From: Nemertoderma westbladi | Lineage: Eukaryota; Animalia; Xenacoelomorpha | Direction of reading: 5' to 3' | Assembly: GCA_032718475.1 (NCBI GenBank) | Contig: JAUCBJ010007943.1 | Coordinates: 61,046-125,045, forward strand | Length of the DNA: 64,000 nt | In this document: one piece after another, positions 33,001-45,000 of the stretch | Layout of the letters: every line of letters starts with the position of its first letter | How positions within the stretch are numbered: the first letter of the stretch is position 1 | The notes under the pieces: generated by a model | What the model saw: only the letters and a program-made list of their open reading frames with translations | What the model was told of the DNA's origin: nothing | Databases searched by the model: none | Position numbers and translations under genes: made by a program

Positions 33001-36000
33001 TTGACGTTATATAAATCTCTCAATGATTTTCACATTTCTATATTAATTAATATGATATTATTTTTTTGTAAATAATATATAATATACATAATCAGGTCTA
33101 TGTATTTTGTACAATTTCTCATTTTTAATAAATGTTCATTATGCATTTTTTATGAGCTATTTATTTTTTCACGATGATGGGTGCATCATTAAGTAGCTAT
33201 AAGGTAAAGGTTACCTAAAGAAGTGGCTATTTTGACAATTTGACCAATATTAACAAACGCCAATGTTTATATCTATACTTCGGTTTGTTTCAATATGTAC
33301 ATCACGGTGTGTAATGTAAAGTAGCATTCTATCCCAATGTAGGATTAATAACCGAGCGAAGAGAGGAATGGAAAGGAGACGAGTTTGCATTCTCGAAAAG
33401 TGCTTTTTTTAAAAAATATTGTTACCGTGTTAAATTAACATGTTTTATTAATAAATTAAATTAATATAATCGATAAATTAATTTAACATCCAATGGTATT
33501 GATGTGATGATTATGACTCGTACAATTATATAAGTTATACTTTATACTGTTCGTGTATTATTATTTCAACCATTAATGTTATACATTGCGTGACAGAGTT
33601 TAGTAGCATACACAAATTGGAAAAATAGCATATCAAACCAAATAGATCTAATCGATTAGAGTTTTGTGTGTGCATCGCATGATAGTTCAACGTTTTCTTT
33701 TCATTTTGACATAGTTCATTTAAATATTTGTTTTGAAATAAATTTAATATCAGAATTTATGAAACATTCGACAGCTGTTATGCAGTAATATGTTGGGGTG
33801 TTTATAAATTATGCCACAAATTATTACAACAGCAGCCCCATTTCCTTCCCGTAATGTTTGGTATACAAAACATCGATCCTGTTATACCTGCGGATAACTA
33901 TATTTGATTCCAGATCGAGTTAACCGAGTTATAAAGTTTGTCCGTAGCACATTTATGAATCTATCCAGTTGCTGTCCGAGATTACTTTTCAGAAGATTCA
34001 ATAATTATATCCACCCACACAACAACCCACAGGTGAATAATACCAAACCATTTTACATATTGATGATATTTATTTAGGTGCGCAAATATTCCTGCAACAG
34101 TCGCCAACAGATGTACCAGGTGCGGATAAACCTCTGAGGATTACTGGCGACCCAGAAGCTGTTCAAATCGCCCAAAATATGGTCGTCGATATATTACAGT
34201 TAGTAGAAATAATATGTTATCTTCTTATTAATTGGTTATATTGTCCTCAACTAAAATAGAATACTGGACTATATTATATTCTAGCCAAACTTGAGTATTT
34301 TATCCAGTAATCCAAGTTTAATAGTTGATACTGGAACTTGAGTGATTAAAATATTAATGATAATTCTGCAAACCCTGTTGTAGATGTAGACCAGTACTAT
34401 ATAATTAAATACATTGGAGTCGAGCTGATAATGCTTGGGGCGAGGTTTGTGGCAGAGCTATTCTATATGTGATCGACGATTATTTTTCGCCGTGTTGTTG
34501 GTTTTGGGTGTGCTTGTAGTGTTTGTATGTCGGCAATATTCGATATCGGGGTTAACCCAGCACACGCCTATGTGTCAAATCATATGTCATATGTGACAGC
34601 CAATCACTGGGAAAGTGTATGGCTGAGCGTGATATCTGGGGGCGCTATAATGCTGGGCCCGCCGGAACTTCGCCGTGTGGACCAGCCTGCGCACAATCTT
34701 TTGCTGGCGGAGTGGCTGTCTCATGGAGTGAATAAGAATGGTGGACAGCCCATGACTTTATTGAGACGCCTCTTAAAGGATCTTGAAGATGAAGATGATC
34801 TAGCAAATGTGTTAGGGAGTTGTTGAGGCGCAATTTTTCGACAAGCCGCACAGCATTCTTAATATATGTGTAATATATATGCAGCTGCAATGCAGCATGC
34901 CGATAATAGTAGTTGTAGGGGAAGTAAAGAACGTGGTTGGGTAGTTACGAAGTGTTTAGCCTTTGGAGTTAGTGGGAGCCTCCCTGCAGTCATAGTGCAG
35001 GTAACGTACTCGTCGAACTGCCAATTGGTAAATTATGAATTGAACACAGTTGGTGTTGCTTACCTTGTAACGGTAAATCGCTAATCGCATTGAAAATTAG
35101 GTTTGTGAATGTGAGGCGTATATTATCTACATGGGTATAGTGATTGTCAAACAGCACAAAGTACAATAATTATTTTATTTTTATATTATTATTTCACACG
35201 ATAGTAAAATATGAAGGTAGTGAGTGTAATTGTTTTAGATAAAAAGTTAAAATTAATAGATGCCATAATTTGCAATAAAATTGTGAGTTAAAATATTTTA
35301 CGTAAGTACACATAAAGTTAAATGTTATATTATTGTCGTAAAATAAATGAAAGGAATATTCGAATACCGTACCATAATTGTAATAAATTGTAACATATTA
35401 TATAATTATCGTAAAAAATTGATTTGGAGTCGCACTAAGTTTAAATAAGTAAGTTTAATGAATAAAATATTGTCATTCGTTAGTTGTCGCACAAAATAAC
35501 AAATAAATTAACACAACAGTAACAGATAAATAAGTAAATATATCTATTTCCAAGTTAAGTGTCAGACTAAAATATACTATGATTACTTAAATGATAACAG
35601 TTAGTGGGAGGTCGCACTAAATATAATTAGTTAATTTATATTAAATTAATTAATTAATTTAGATCCCGTAAGTGATATGCCAGGCGTAGTGGTGTTGTCA
35701 TCTGTGGCATCATGGTGGAAATTGTAATGCCAAACGGCGATGTTGTTTTGTGAGGTGGCGTATATTTGATTAAAATTAGGCTTTAATTATAAATGAATTG
35801 TTGTGGGGAGGGTGACGGCGAATTAAATAAATGTTATAGTACATTATGATAATGCTCTCCATAGTGAAAAATATCAACCGCCCCTATTGGGGCTCGAACT
35901 CGGTACCTAGGTTTCAAACTTCCGGTTATCATCAGCCGAGTGTGTGTCCTAAGACCACTGAGCTACCAGGGCGGTAGAAGATTTATTCACTTTGGAGTGG

Positions 36001-39000
36001 GCTATCATATATAGGCCTTTTACAGTCACTCATAGGAAAGTACAACGTTATTCCCGTGCTCTGCCAGAAATGGCAGTTAGGCTTTTGAAGCCTTGTTAAG
36101 CAGACCATTTAACGGGTGTAAACGCTACGCCGACAACCGACAGCCAACAACCAACGCCGACAACCATTATTAAAGCTAATTATTGTTAATGAATTATTAA
36201 TTGAGGGAAAGGAACAGGTTACAGTGGAAGGTTATTCTAACCAAAACAACATTCTTAAAAATGCAGCTGCAATGCAGCATGCCGATCCTAGTAGTAGTCG
36301 GCGTAGCGTTTACACCCCCATTTAACCTATCTTTGATGCTGGTGCACGTTACATCTTTGGTAACTTTCGGTAACCTGTGTCTGTACTCACGGTATTATAG
36401 GCCTCTGTCGTTTCTAATGTTTGAATTTGGAACTGTCAGTCAGTCAGTTACATTATTTCTTACCGGTATAACCTGGTCTATAAGGGTCGTACCAGAAAAA
36501 TACCTATATCGTAATTGCCTATTCCACTCACCTTTACCAAAATCTGGTCCCGCCTACTGACCGCAGGAAATCCTGCCCTTGTCTGCTTTGCTTTATGCCT
36601 ATTATTGCAGTCTGCTGAACTGAACAGTTTAAGAACTACCGGTAGGCTACCGTTTCATTCTGTCTGATTGTTACATCACATCTCCATGATATATCGATAT
36701 ACAACGATGTTGTCTAGACGACTTATTCTCAAGCAGTTTCGCCCTGTTGGTAACCGTAGATTCTACTCGACAACGCAGCCCAGAAGTTCCGCCCATCCGA
36801 CAACCAAACTCTTTATAAACAACGAATTCCTGGAGTCCAAAACCACCAAATGGATCGACGTGCACAACCCCGCGACGAACGAGGTGGTGACCCGGGTCCC
36901 GGAATCCACCCAATCCGAGATGGAAGCTGCCACCAACGCAGCCGTCGAGGCCTTCAAGGACTGGTCCCAGACCACCGTACTGACACGTCAGCAGATAATG
37001 TTCGGATTCCAGGCCCTCATCAAAGAGAACATGAAGAGTCTAGCGGAACTTATAACGTTAGAGCAGGGTAAAACTCTAGTAGACGCGGAAGGGGATGTTG
37101 CTAGAGGATTGCAGGTTGTCGAGCATTGCTGCAGTGTTACAAGTCTCCAGCTAGGGGAATCTATGCAGGGGATCAGTCGAGATATGGACTGCCATACCTA
37201 CCGGTACCCGTTGGGGGTGGTTGCAGGGATCACCCCGTTCAACTTCCCCGCTATGATCCCGTTGTGGATGTTCCCGATGGCCGCCGTCTGCGGCAACACC
37301 GTGGTTATGAAGCCATCGGAGAGAGACCCGGGCGCCTGCATGCTATTGGTTGATTTGGCGCGTAGGGCGGGTTTACCTCCAGGGGTGGTTAACGTAATAC
37401 ACGGCGCCCACGCCGCGGTTGATTACATCTGCGACGCGCCGGCGATTCGCGCCATCTCGTTCGTGGGTTCGGACACGGCGGGCCGCTACATCTACGAGCG
37501 AGGCAGCCGCAACGGGAAGCGAGTTCAGTCTAATATGGGCGCCAAGAACCACGGGGTTGTGATGCCGGACGCGAACAAGGAGAGCACGTTGAACCAGTTG
37601 GTGGGGGCGGCGTTCGGGGCAGCGGGACAGCGGTGCATGGCCTTGAGTACGGCGATATTCGTCGGGGAGTCCAAGGATTGGATACCGGAGTTGGTGGAGC
37701 GCGCCAAGAAGCTGAAAGTGTCCGCGGGTAATGAACCGGACGCGGATCTGGGTCCGGTTATCTCGCCGGCTGCTAAGGAACGCGTGTGTGGGTTGGTGCA
37801 GACCGGGGTGGATGAGGGTGCCGATCTGTTGTTGGACGGGCGGGGTGTTACCGTGCCGGGGTACCCCGAGGGTAACTTCGTGGGTCCCACCGTGCTGAAT
37901 AAAGTGAAACCTGGGATGAAATGTTACAAAGAGGAGATATTCGGACCTGTGTTGGTTAGTTTGGAGGTTGACACATTGGACGAAGCTATCGATATAGTAA
38001 ACGCTAATCGTTATGGTAACGGGACCGCGATCTTTACCCGCAATGGTGCCACGGCTAGGAAGTACACCCACAGCGTGGATGTGGGTCAGGTAGGGGTTAA
38101 TGTGCCCATCCCGGTCCCATTGCCTATGTTCTCGTTCACGGGATCGAGGGATTCCTTCGTTGGGGATACCAACTTCTACGGTAAACAAGGTATCGCGTTC
38201 TACACCCAGACTAAAACCGCCATACAGGTGTGGAAGGAGGAGGACGCTACTGTAACGCGACCAGCCACTTCTATGCCCGTTATGAAGTAGTTCGTTAGTT
38301 ATATAGAATAGGAACTACCGAATTAAACGCCTCGCGTTTCTTCTCACTAATTCCATCGATCGTTGTCAGCTTGTCACCAACAGCGCGCTAACTGTAGTAG
38401 ATTATGTTGCTCGCCAATTAAGGAAATCTATGTTTAGAGTAGAAAGTTATTTATTAATTAATTATATTTGATTCTGTGTATAGTGTTGTAATTAACTGTT
38501 ATTTGTTTTGAAGTTTCCAATTGTCGCATTTTCTATTTGCGTCAGTTTTGTGCTACGATGTGATTGACCTTGCCCTTATTACATTGGAATTTGAGATTCA
38601 TTATAGTCATTGTTTTATTGTTTGATAATGACCCCCTCCCACCCCCACCCCGCTTCTTGGCTCATTGTACCATATGGTACTTTTTGTTGTTGTACTTTCT
38701 TGTTTGTTTCTTGGAAGTCAACATTTTGAAATTCTTACTGCACCAAAAAGCGAATAAGTAGAAAAAAAGTGTAAGATACATTTTGGGTGGACTATATTGA
38801 ATTGTAATATTTAAAAAAAAGTTATTTTTGACGCCCCTTAAGCAGCCAAATTTACATTTTTGACTTAAAATGCAACTCATTTGTTATGCTTTATTTTCAG
38901 AAGTTGTAACCTGTTTTTTTGGAATCAGCATGGCCGATTACGTGAAAAAATTCGAGCAGAATTTCAGGAAATCACCGCGCTATTTTTCAAAATAATTTTC

Positions 39001-42000
39001 AAATTAAAAAAAACGCACTGTTTTTTTTCGTAAAAAATGTTATAAGATGGACAATTTATTGCAAAAAACTGCTCGAATTTTATTATTGCGCACTCTAGTA
39101 GCTTTAATTTGATACCAAAAACTTACAAATTGGTTGATGAATGGCGGAGGAGTAGTGTTTTAAAAATGAAAAATACCATTACGTGATTATTGCCTTTAAA
39201 GTTTGAACCTTCCCGCGCAAAAATTGTCTGTTAATATGTGAGAATGTCTGTCAATAATATAGCAACACAAAACCATGCTAAGATTATTGCTATGGGGTTT
39301 TCGTGGTCGCTGATTTCATTTCTGAGGTCAGAGTTTAATGACACCAGGTTAATCTGTTTGTCTGTCTGTCGGTCTTTCTGACAACCGACAATCTGTCCGT
39401 CAAATATAAGAAAAGGGCACACCATCTAGCTAAAATTATAGTTCTAGGGGGTTTTCCTGGCCGCAGAATTCATTTCGAGTGTCAGATTTAATCATTTGAT
39501 GGCTTCCAAATTGTCTGTTTGGCTGTTGGTTATATTTTGACGGACAGACTGACTGGCATGCAGACAGAAACGACGAGGCAAAATTTGAATAATGACATAA
39601 GAAATGAAGTCACCGACCCCGAAAACCCATATAGGGAATTTTTTAGAAATATAGTGTGCTTTTTATTGACGGACAGACATACTGACAGACAGACCGACAT
39701 TAAAACGACAGACAGCCATATCTCGAGAAGTAAGACAGATTTGGCTAAACGGTTTTCATATTTGGAATCTTGATAAAAATCTGCTCTAGATGAAAAAAAA
39801 AATTTGAAAAAAAAATTGAAAACCAGTCCCCCCCCCCCCCCCCCCCCCCCCTTATTCTCCTTACTCCCCCTTATTTCTCCCTCCTCCTCCGTGGGTGAGC
39901 CAGGATTTTTATTTTTGATTTCATTCTTTAGCTACAAACGGTTAAAAACGGTGTCTCCGCCAATATTACACCAGTTACAGCGCAGTTATTTTTCAATCTT
40001 ATTATAGTGATTTGTTGATACTAGTAAAAAGCTGATTGGATCGTGCAAGGGTTCCAAATATGTAAAAATATTTGAATTTGGTTTAAATTTGGAAATAGCT
40101 GAGATATGGGCATTCGAATGTGGCATGTATTTGCTTAAGGCGTCCTTTATAACAATATACAGACAAACGGATAAAACCGATTTTGCCAGTACTGCCGTTG
40201 TTTGGCAATACACCCTATCTCAAAATTTTCAAAAAAAATTTTATTTGACCAATTGGGGTAACTTGACACGCTCTTTTCAATGAAACTAAGAAAAGTGGGG
40301 TGTTCCTTTCACGAAATCGGACTTTTTCAATCTTAAAACACCCCATGGCAGCATCTTAAATCAACAGCTGCGAGGCAAAACACCCCATAGCTAAATTCGA
40401 CCATATAGGGTGCTTTGCCTTGTTAACTCTGTCGACCAAATAACCCTATCCTTGAGTTAGGGTTTTTTGCCTTGCGCTTTACTTTTAAGCCAATCAATTA
40501 GTTAAGGAATTGACCAATCAGAAGTAATATCCTTTGTCATTTAATATTTATTTACACTACTTAAAGGTAACTCTGTCTGGCGGGTAATTAATTTTAGTTA
40601 TTTTAATTTGACCTGGCGCAAATTAATTTACCCTATCTAGTTATATTGATTTTTGTTCGGAATTTACTCTTTATTACAACCAACAATGTACTAACAGTCT
40701 TGTAAGTTTTAAGGGGAAATGGAGTTTGACAATAATGACGAGGAAGAGAATCTGGATACGTTTTTTGGATTTGTTATTATATCAGAAGGAGAAATAGGAA
40801 CTGGGACAGATGGAGTAGTTGGACGCCGGGCCTGGGATGGGTGATGTAGTGTTAGGTACTGGGGAAACGGAGGGTGAAGAAGATGGAGCTCTTGTTGGAA
40901 CTGGGGAAGGTGGAATGGTTGTTGGAACTGGGGAAGGTGGAATGGTTGCTGGAGCTAGGGGAGGTGGAATGGTTGCTGGAACTGGGGAAGGTGGAATGGT
41001 TGTTGGAACTGGGGAAGGTGGAATGGTTGTTGGAACTGGGGAAGGTGGAATGGTTGTTGAAACTGGGGAAGGTGGAATGGTTGCTTGAACTGGGGAAGGT
41101 GGAATGGTTGTTGGAACTGGGGAGTGGAATGGTTGCTGGAACTGGGGAAGGTGGAGTGGTTGTTGGAACTGGGGAAGGTGGAATGGTTGTTGGAACTGGG
41201 GAAGGTGGAGTGGTTGTTGGAACTGGGGATGGTGGAATGGTTGCTGGAACTGGGGAAGGTGGAATGGTTGTTGGAACTGGAGAAGGTGGAATGGTTGTTG
41301 GAACTGGGGAAGGTGGAGTGGTTGTTGGAACTGGGGAAGGTGGAATGGTTGTTGGAACTGGGGAAGGTGGAATGGTTGTTGGAACTGGGTTAGGTGGAAT
41401 GGTTGTTGAAACTGGGGAAGGTGGAATGGTTGCTTGAACTGGGGAAGGTGGAACGGTTGCTGGAACTGGGGAAGGTGGAATGATTGCTGGAACTGGGGAA
41501 GGTGGAGTGGTTGTTGGAACTGGGGAAGGTGGAATGGTTGTTGGAACTGGGGAAGGTGGAGTGGTTGTTGGAACTGGGGATGGTGGAATGGTTGCTGGAA
41601 CTGGGGAAGGTGGATGGTTGTTGGAACTGGGGAAGGTGAAATGATTGTTGGAACTGGGGAAGGTGGAATGGTTGTTGGAACTGGGGATGGTGGAATGGTT
41701 GTTGGAACTGGGGATGGTGGAATGGTTGTTGGAACTGGGGAAGGTGGAGTGGTTGTTGGAACTGGGGAAGGTGGAATGGTTGTTGGAACTGGGGAAGGTG
41801 GAGATGTGGTTGGAACGGGGGAAGGTGGAGTGGTTGTTGGAACTGGGGAAGGTGGAGATGGGGTTGGAACTGGGGGAGATGGAATTGTTGTTGGAACTGG
41901 GGAAGGTGGAATGGTTGTTGGAACTGGGGAAGGATGATATGTGTTTGGAACGATGGAAGGTGGAGTGGTTGTTGGAACTGGGGAAGGTGGAGATGTGGTT

Positions 42001-45000
42001 GGAACTGGGGAAGGTGGAGATGTGGTTGGCACTGGGGGAGGTGGAGATGTGGTTGGAACTGGGGATGGTGGAGATGTGGTTGGAACTGGGGATGGTGGTT
42101 AAATTAATACCTTTACTTTTTGTATTTATTTGGGAAGGAATTAATTTTACTCACCTCATCATTCATCATTTTGACTTCTTGTTGACATGGCAATACACCC
42201 CAATTCCAGCATAGCAAGCTCTAAACTAATAATACGTGAAACAAAATGCTCTACAAAACATGCTGGCAGAACAAAAAATCACTGATTTTATACTAGTTTC
42301 TTTGAAACCAGAACCTGGTTAAACACCCTATCTCCAACAACTCAGCTTACATTGAATGGCAAAACACCCTATAATTTTATTTCATCACTTTAATCCCTTT
42401 TTCGTCATCTCTCACCATCTATTCTATGTAAAAAATCTAAGTTAGCCTGTTAAGTTCCCTTAGGACCCAATATCAGCGATTTCTCACAATGTCTTCAATG
42501 TTGAATTAGGGGAAAGTAATGTTTTATTTAACTGTAATTAATGTAATAAAATAATTTTTCCGTTGCAGAAGATCGGATGTAGATCAGACGGCCAACAACG
42601 CGAAGAGTTCCAAACAGACTCCCAGAGCCGGGGGTAGCCAGGTCTTTCCTTATGGTGCTGGAGCTGCAGGTCACGGTCTAGAGGTCAGTGGACATCACTT
42701 TATCAGTGGATACAGTGAATATCAGTTATTTTCATCAGTGGATACCGCAAACAGAAATTTCTAGACCGCTCACATAACTTTATAGCCCGCGGACTCAACT
42801 TTGTAGTCCACCCACACTACTTTATACTCCGCTCACGCAACTTTATAGTCTTCACACGCTACAATAATCTTGTAATTGTCTATTAGCCAATCAGAAGCGA
42901 GTATTTTAGGTGACCGACCACAGAAATGGAGAAAGCTCATCTAATTAGCTTTCAGTTATGTTATAGTATCCATTGCAATACTGCAGTGTATTTTAAACAT
43001 ATTAAACATAAAGGGTTTCTAATCCGACTACCCATATTGGCTACACTTAAATTACGTAACGCAAGCGAGGAGGCCAGGGTGTCCAACTTGTCGTGACAGT
43101 TTGTGATATACAGAGATTATAAATTCAGCAAATTAATCATGTATAACTATTTGTTTATATGTTAATTTATTTGCTTCAGGTTTTATAACCGTATATCACC
43201 TTCTGGGACAGGCGATAATCTGTTTATCATGTATATTCGACCTTATTGCGCTGATAAATTTTGTGAGCTACTTTTGTATCTTTCACGTTTGGGGAAACGC
43301 AGAGCCCACTGAAACAAACACACCCTTGCAATCCCCCCCAACCCCCCTCCCTCCCCAGTTGTCCGAACATTAAAAAATATTGTAGAGAGAAAGGTTCAAT
43401 TTCATTTAATATTAAGTCAGAACAAGCAATTATTACTTTTAGACCTAGATAACTAAATTATAATTGATGGCAATTGTTGCTCTTTTCGTGTTTTGACTGT
43501 CTTTGATGTTTAGCAAGTGTTGCTGTCTGTCACCGGAAGCATCTGCAAATCTCTTTCTATTATTGGGTTTGCTGAAACTCCTCTTATGACGAATTTAGGC
43601 ACTGCAGTAATAATACTGTACTGTAGTACAGCCAGTGTGTGAGCATTTTTTGTGATAAAACTCAAAATAATAATTTTAATAAAAAAACTCAAAACTCAAA
43701 AAAATATAAAAAGAAAAAATGAATAAACCCATAAAAACTCTAATCAATATTCATTTAAAAGGGTTAAGAAATTTCACTTAAAAATATTTCATTTTAATTT
43801 ACTAGCTATGTTAAAATAAAAAAAACTAGCAGTTCTAGAACATTAAATTTTTTATTGTATTTATGTTCTAGAATAGTATATAATACTTTTATTTTATATT
43901 GTTCTGCAACTCCTCAATGTTTCCATTTTATCAATGATAATATATGATTTATAAATGTAGTGCTATACGGAACTCTAACTGAAAAGTTGATAAATTGAAG
44001 AGTTGAAGAAAGTTGAAGAGTTGAAAAATTTTCAAAAATCGTTCTCACAGGCTATACTACAGTATAGTGCGGACTTCAATATTAGCTCGTGGTTGACAAC
44101 TGTTATATTCCTAATTAGCCACAAAAGTAAAGTTGTTAAATCAGTTGGGAATGTATATATAAATTCTTTCAACTTTGGGAAGACTGTGCAAAAAATAATG
44201 TCAAAACACAACAATAAATGTGTAAGTTCTCGAATTTTGTGTTAGGAGTGTTAATATAGTAGTTACATTGGGTATTTTGGCTTTAGCTGGGTGATATACA
44301 GTTATATCACCCTATTGTTTAGCCAAACAGATTTGAGAATAAGCGAGAATACATGATAAACAAACGTTTCTTAATTTCTTTTCAGTTTCCCATTCCTAAG
44401 TTTGCCGTTGGTATGGTAATTGGTTCTCGCGGAGAAACTATTAAAAGACTACAGGAAGATTTCGGTTGTTCAGTTCAGTTTACAGAAACCCCGGACCATG
44501 TCCCAGACAAAGTCTGTATTGTTAGGTGAGTTCTTAGATATTCTAACAGAACACCGCAATTAACTATGCTCACTCCATCTAACATAACCCCACATGAACT
44601 ATGCTCACTCCATTTAACATAACCCCATATGAATTATGCTCACTCCATTTATCATAACCCCGCCACATGAACTATGCTCACTCCATCGAACATAACCCCA
44701 CATGAACTATGCTCACTCCATCTAACATAACCCCACATGAACTATGCTCACTCCATCTAACATAACCCCACATGAACTATGCTCACTCCATCTAACATAA
44801 CCCCACATGAACTATGCTCACTCCATCGAATATAAGCCCACATAAACTATGCCCACTCCATCGAACATACCCTCACATGAACTATGCTCACTCCATTTTA
44901 CATAACCCCATATGAACTATGCTCACTCCATTTAACATAACCCCATATGAACTATGCCCACTCCATCGAACATACCCTCACATGAACTATGCTCACTCCA

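Noticed and set aside
34199-36707. FUBP-ALDH6A1 fusion protein via the acceptor at 36610
   Set aside because: The exon 5 phase gives CAT CTG CTG AAC TGA, an immediate stop.
36671-38188. Antisense and alternative-frame ORFs over ALDH6A1 (and over exon 11 at 46472-47120)
   Set aside because: Shadows of GC-rich coding sequence.
36707-38290. Bacterial mmsA/iolA horizontal transfer or contamination
   Set aside because: It has a mitochondrial presequence and animal-like sequence and is embedded among host repeats; retroposition explains the lack of introns better (a phylogeny would settle it).
40782-42214. Mucin-like 416-aa ORF and overlapping ORFs
   Set aside because: Products of a 27-bp minisatellite open in several frames, with frameshifts and no signal peptide.
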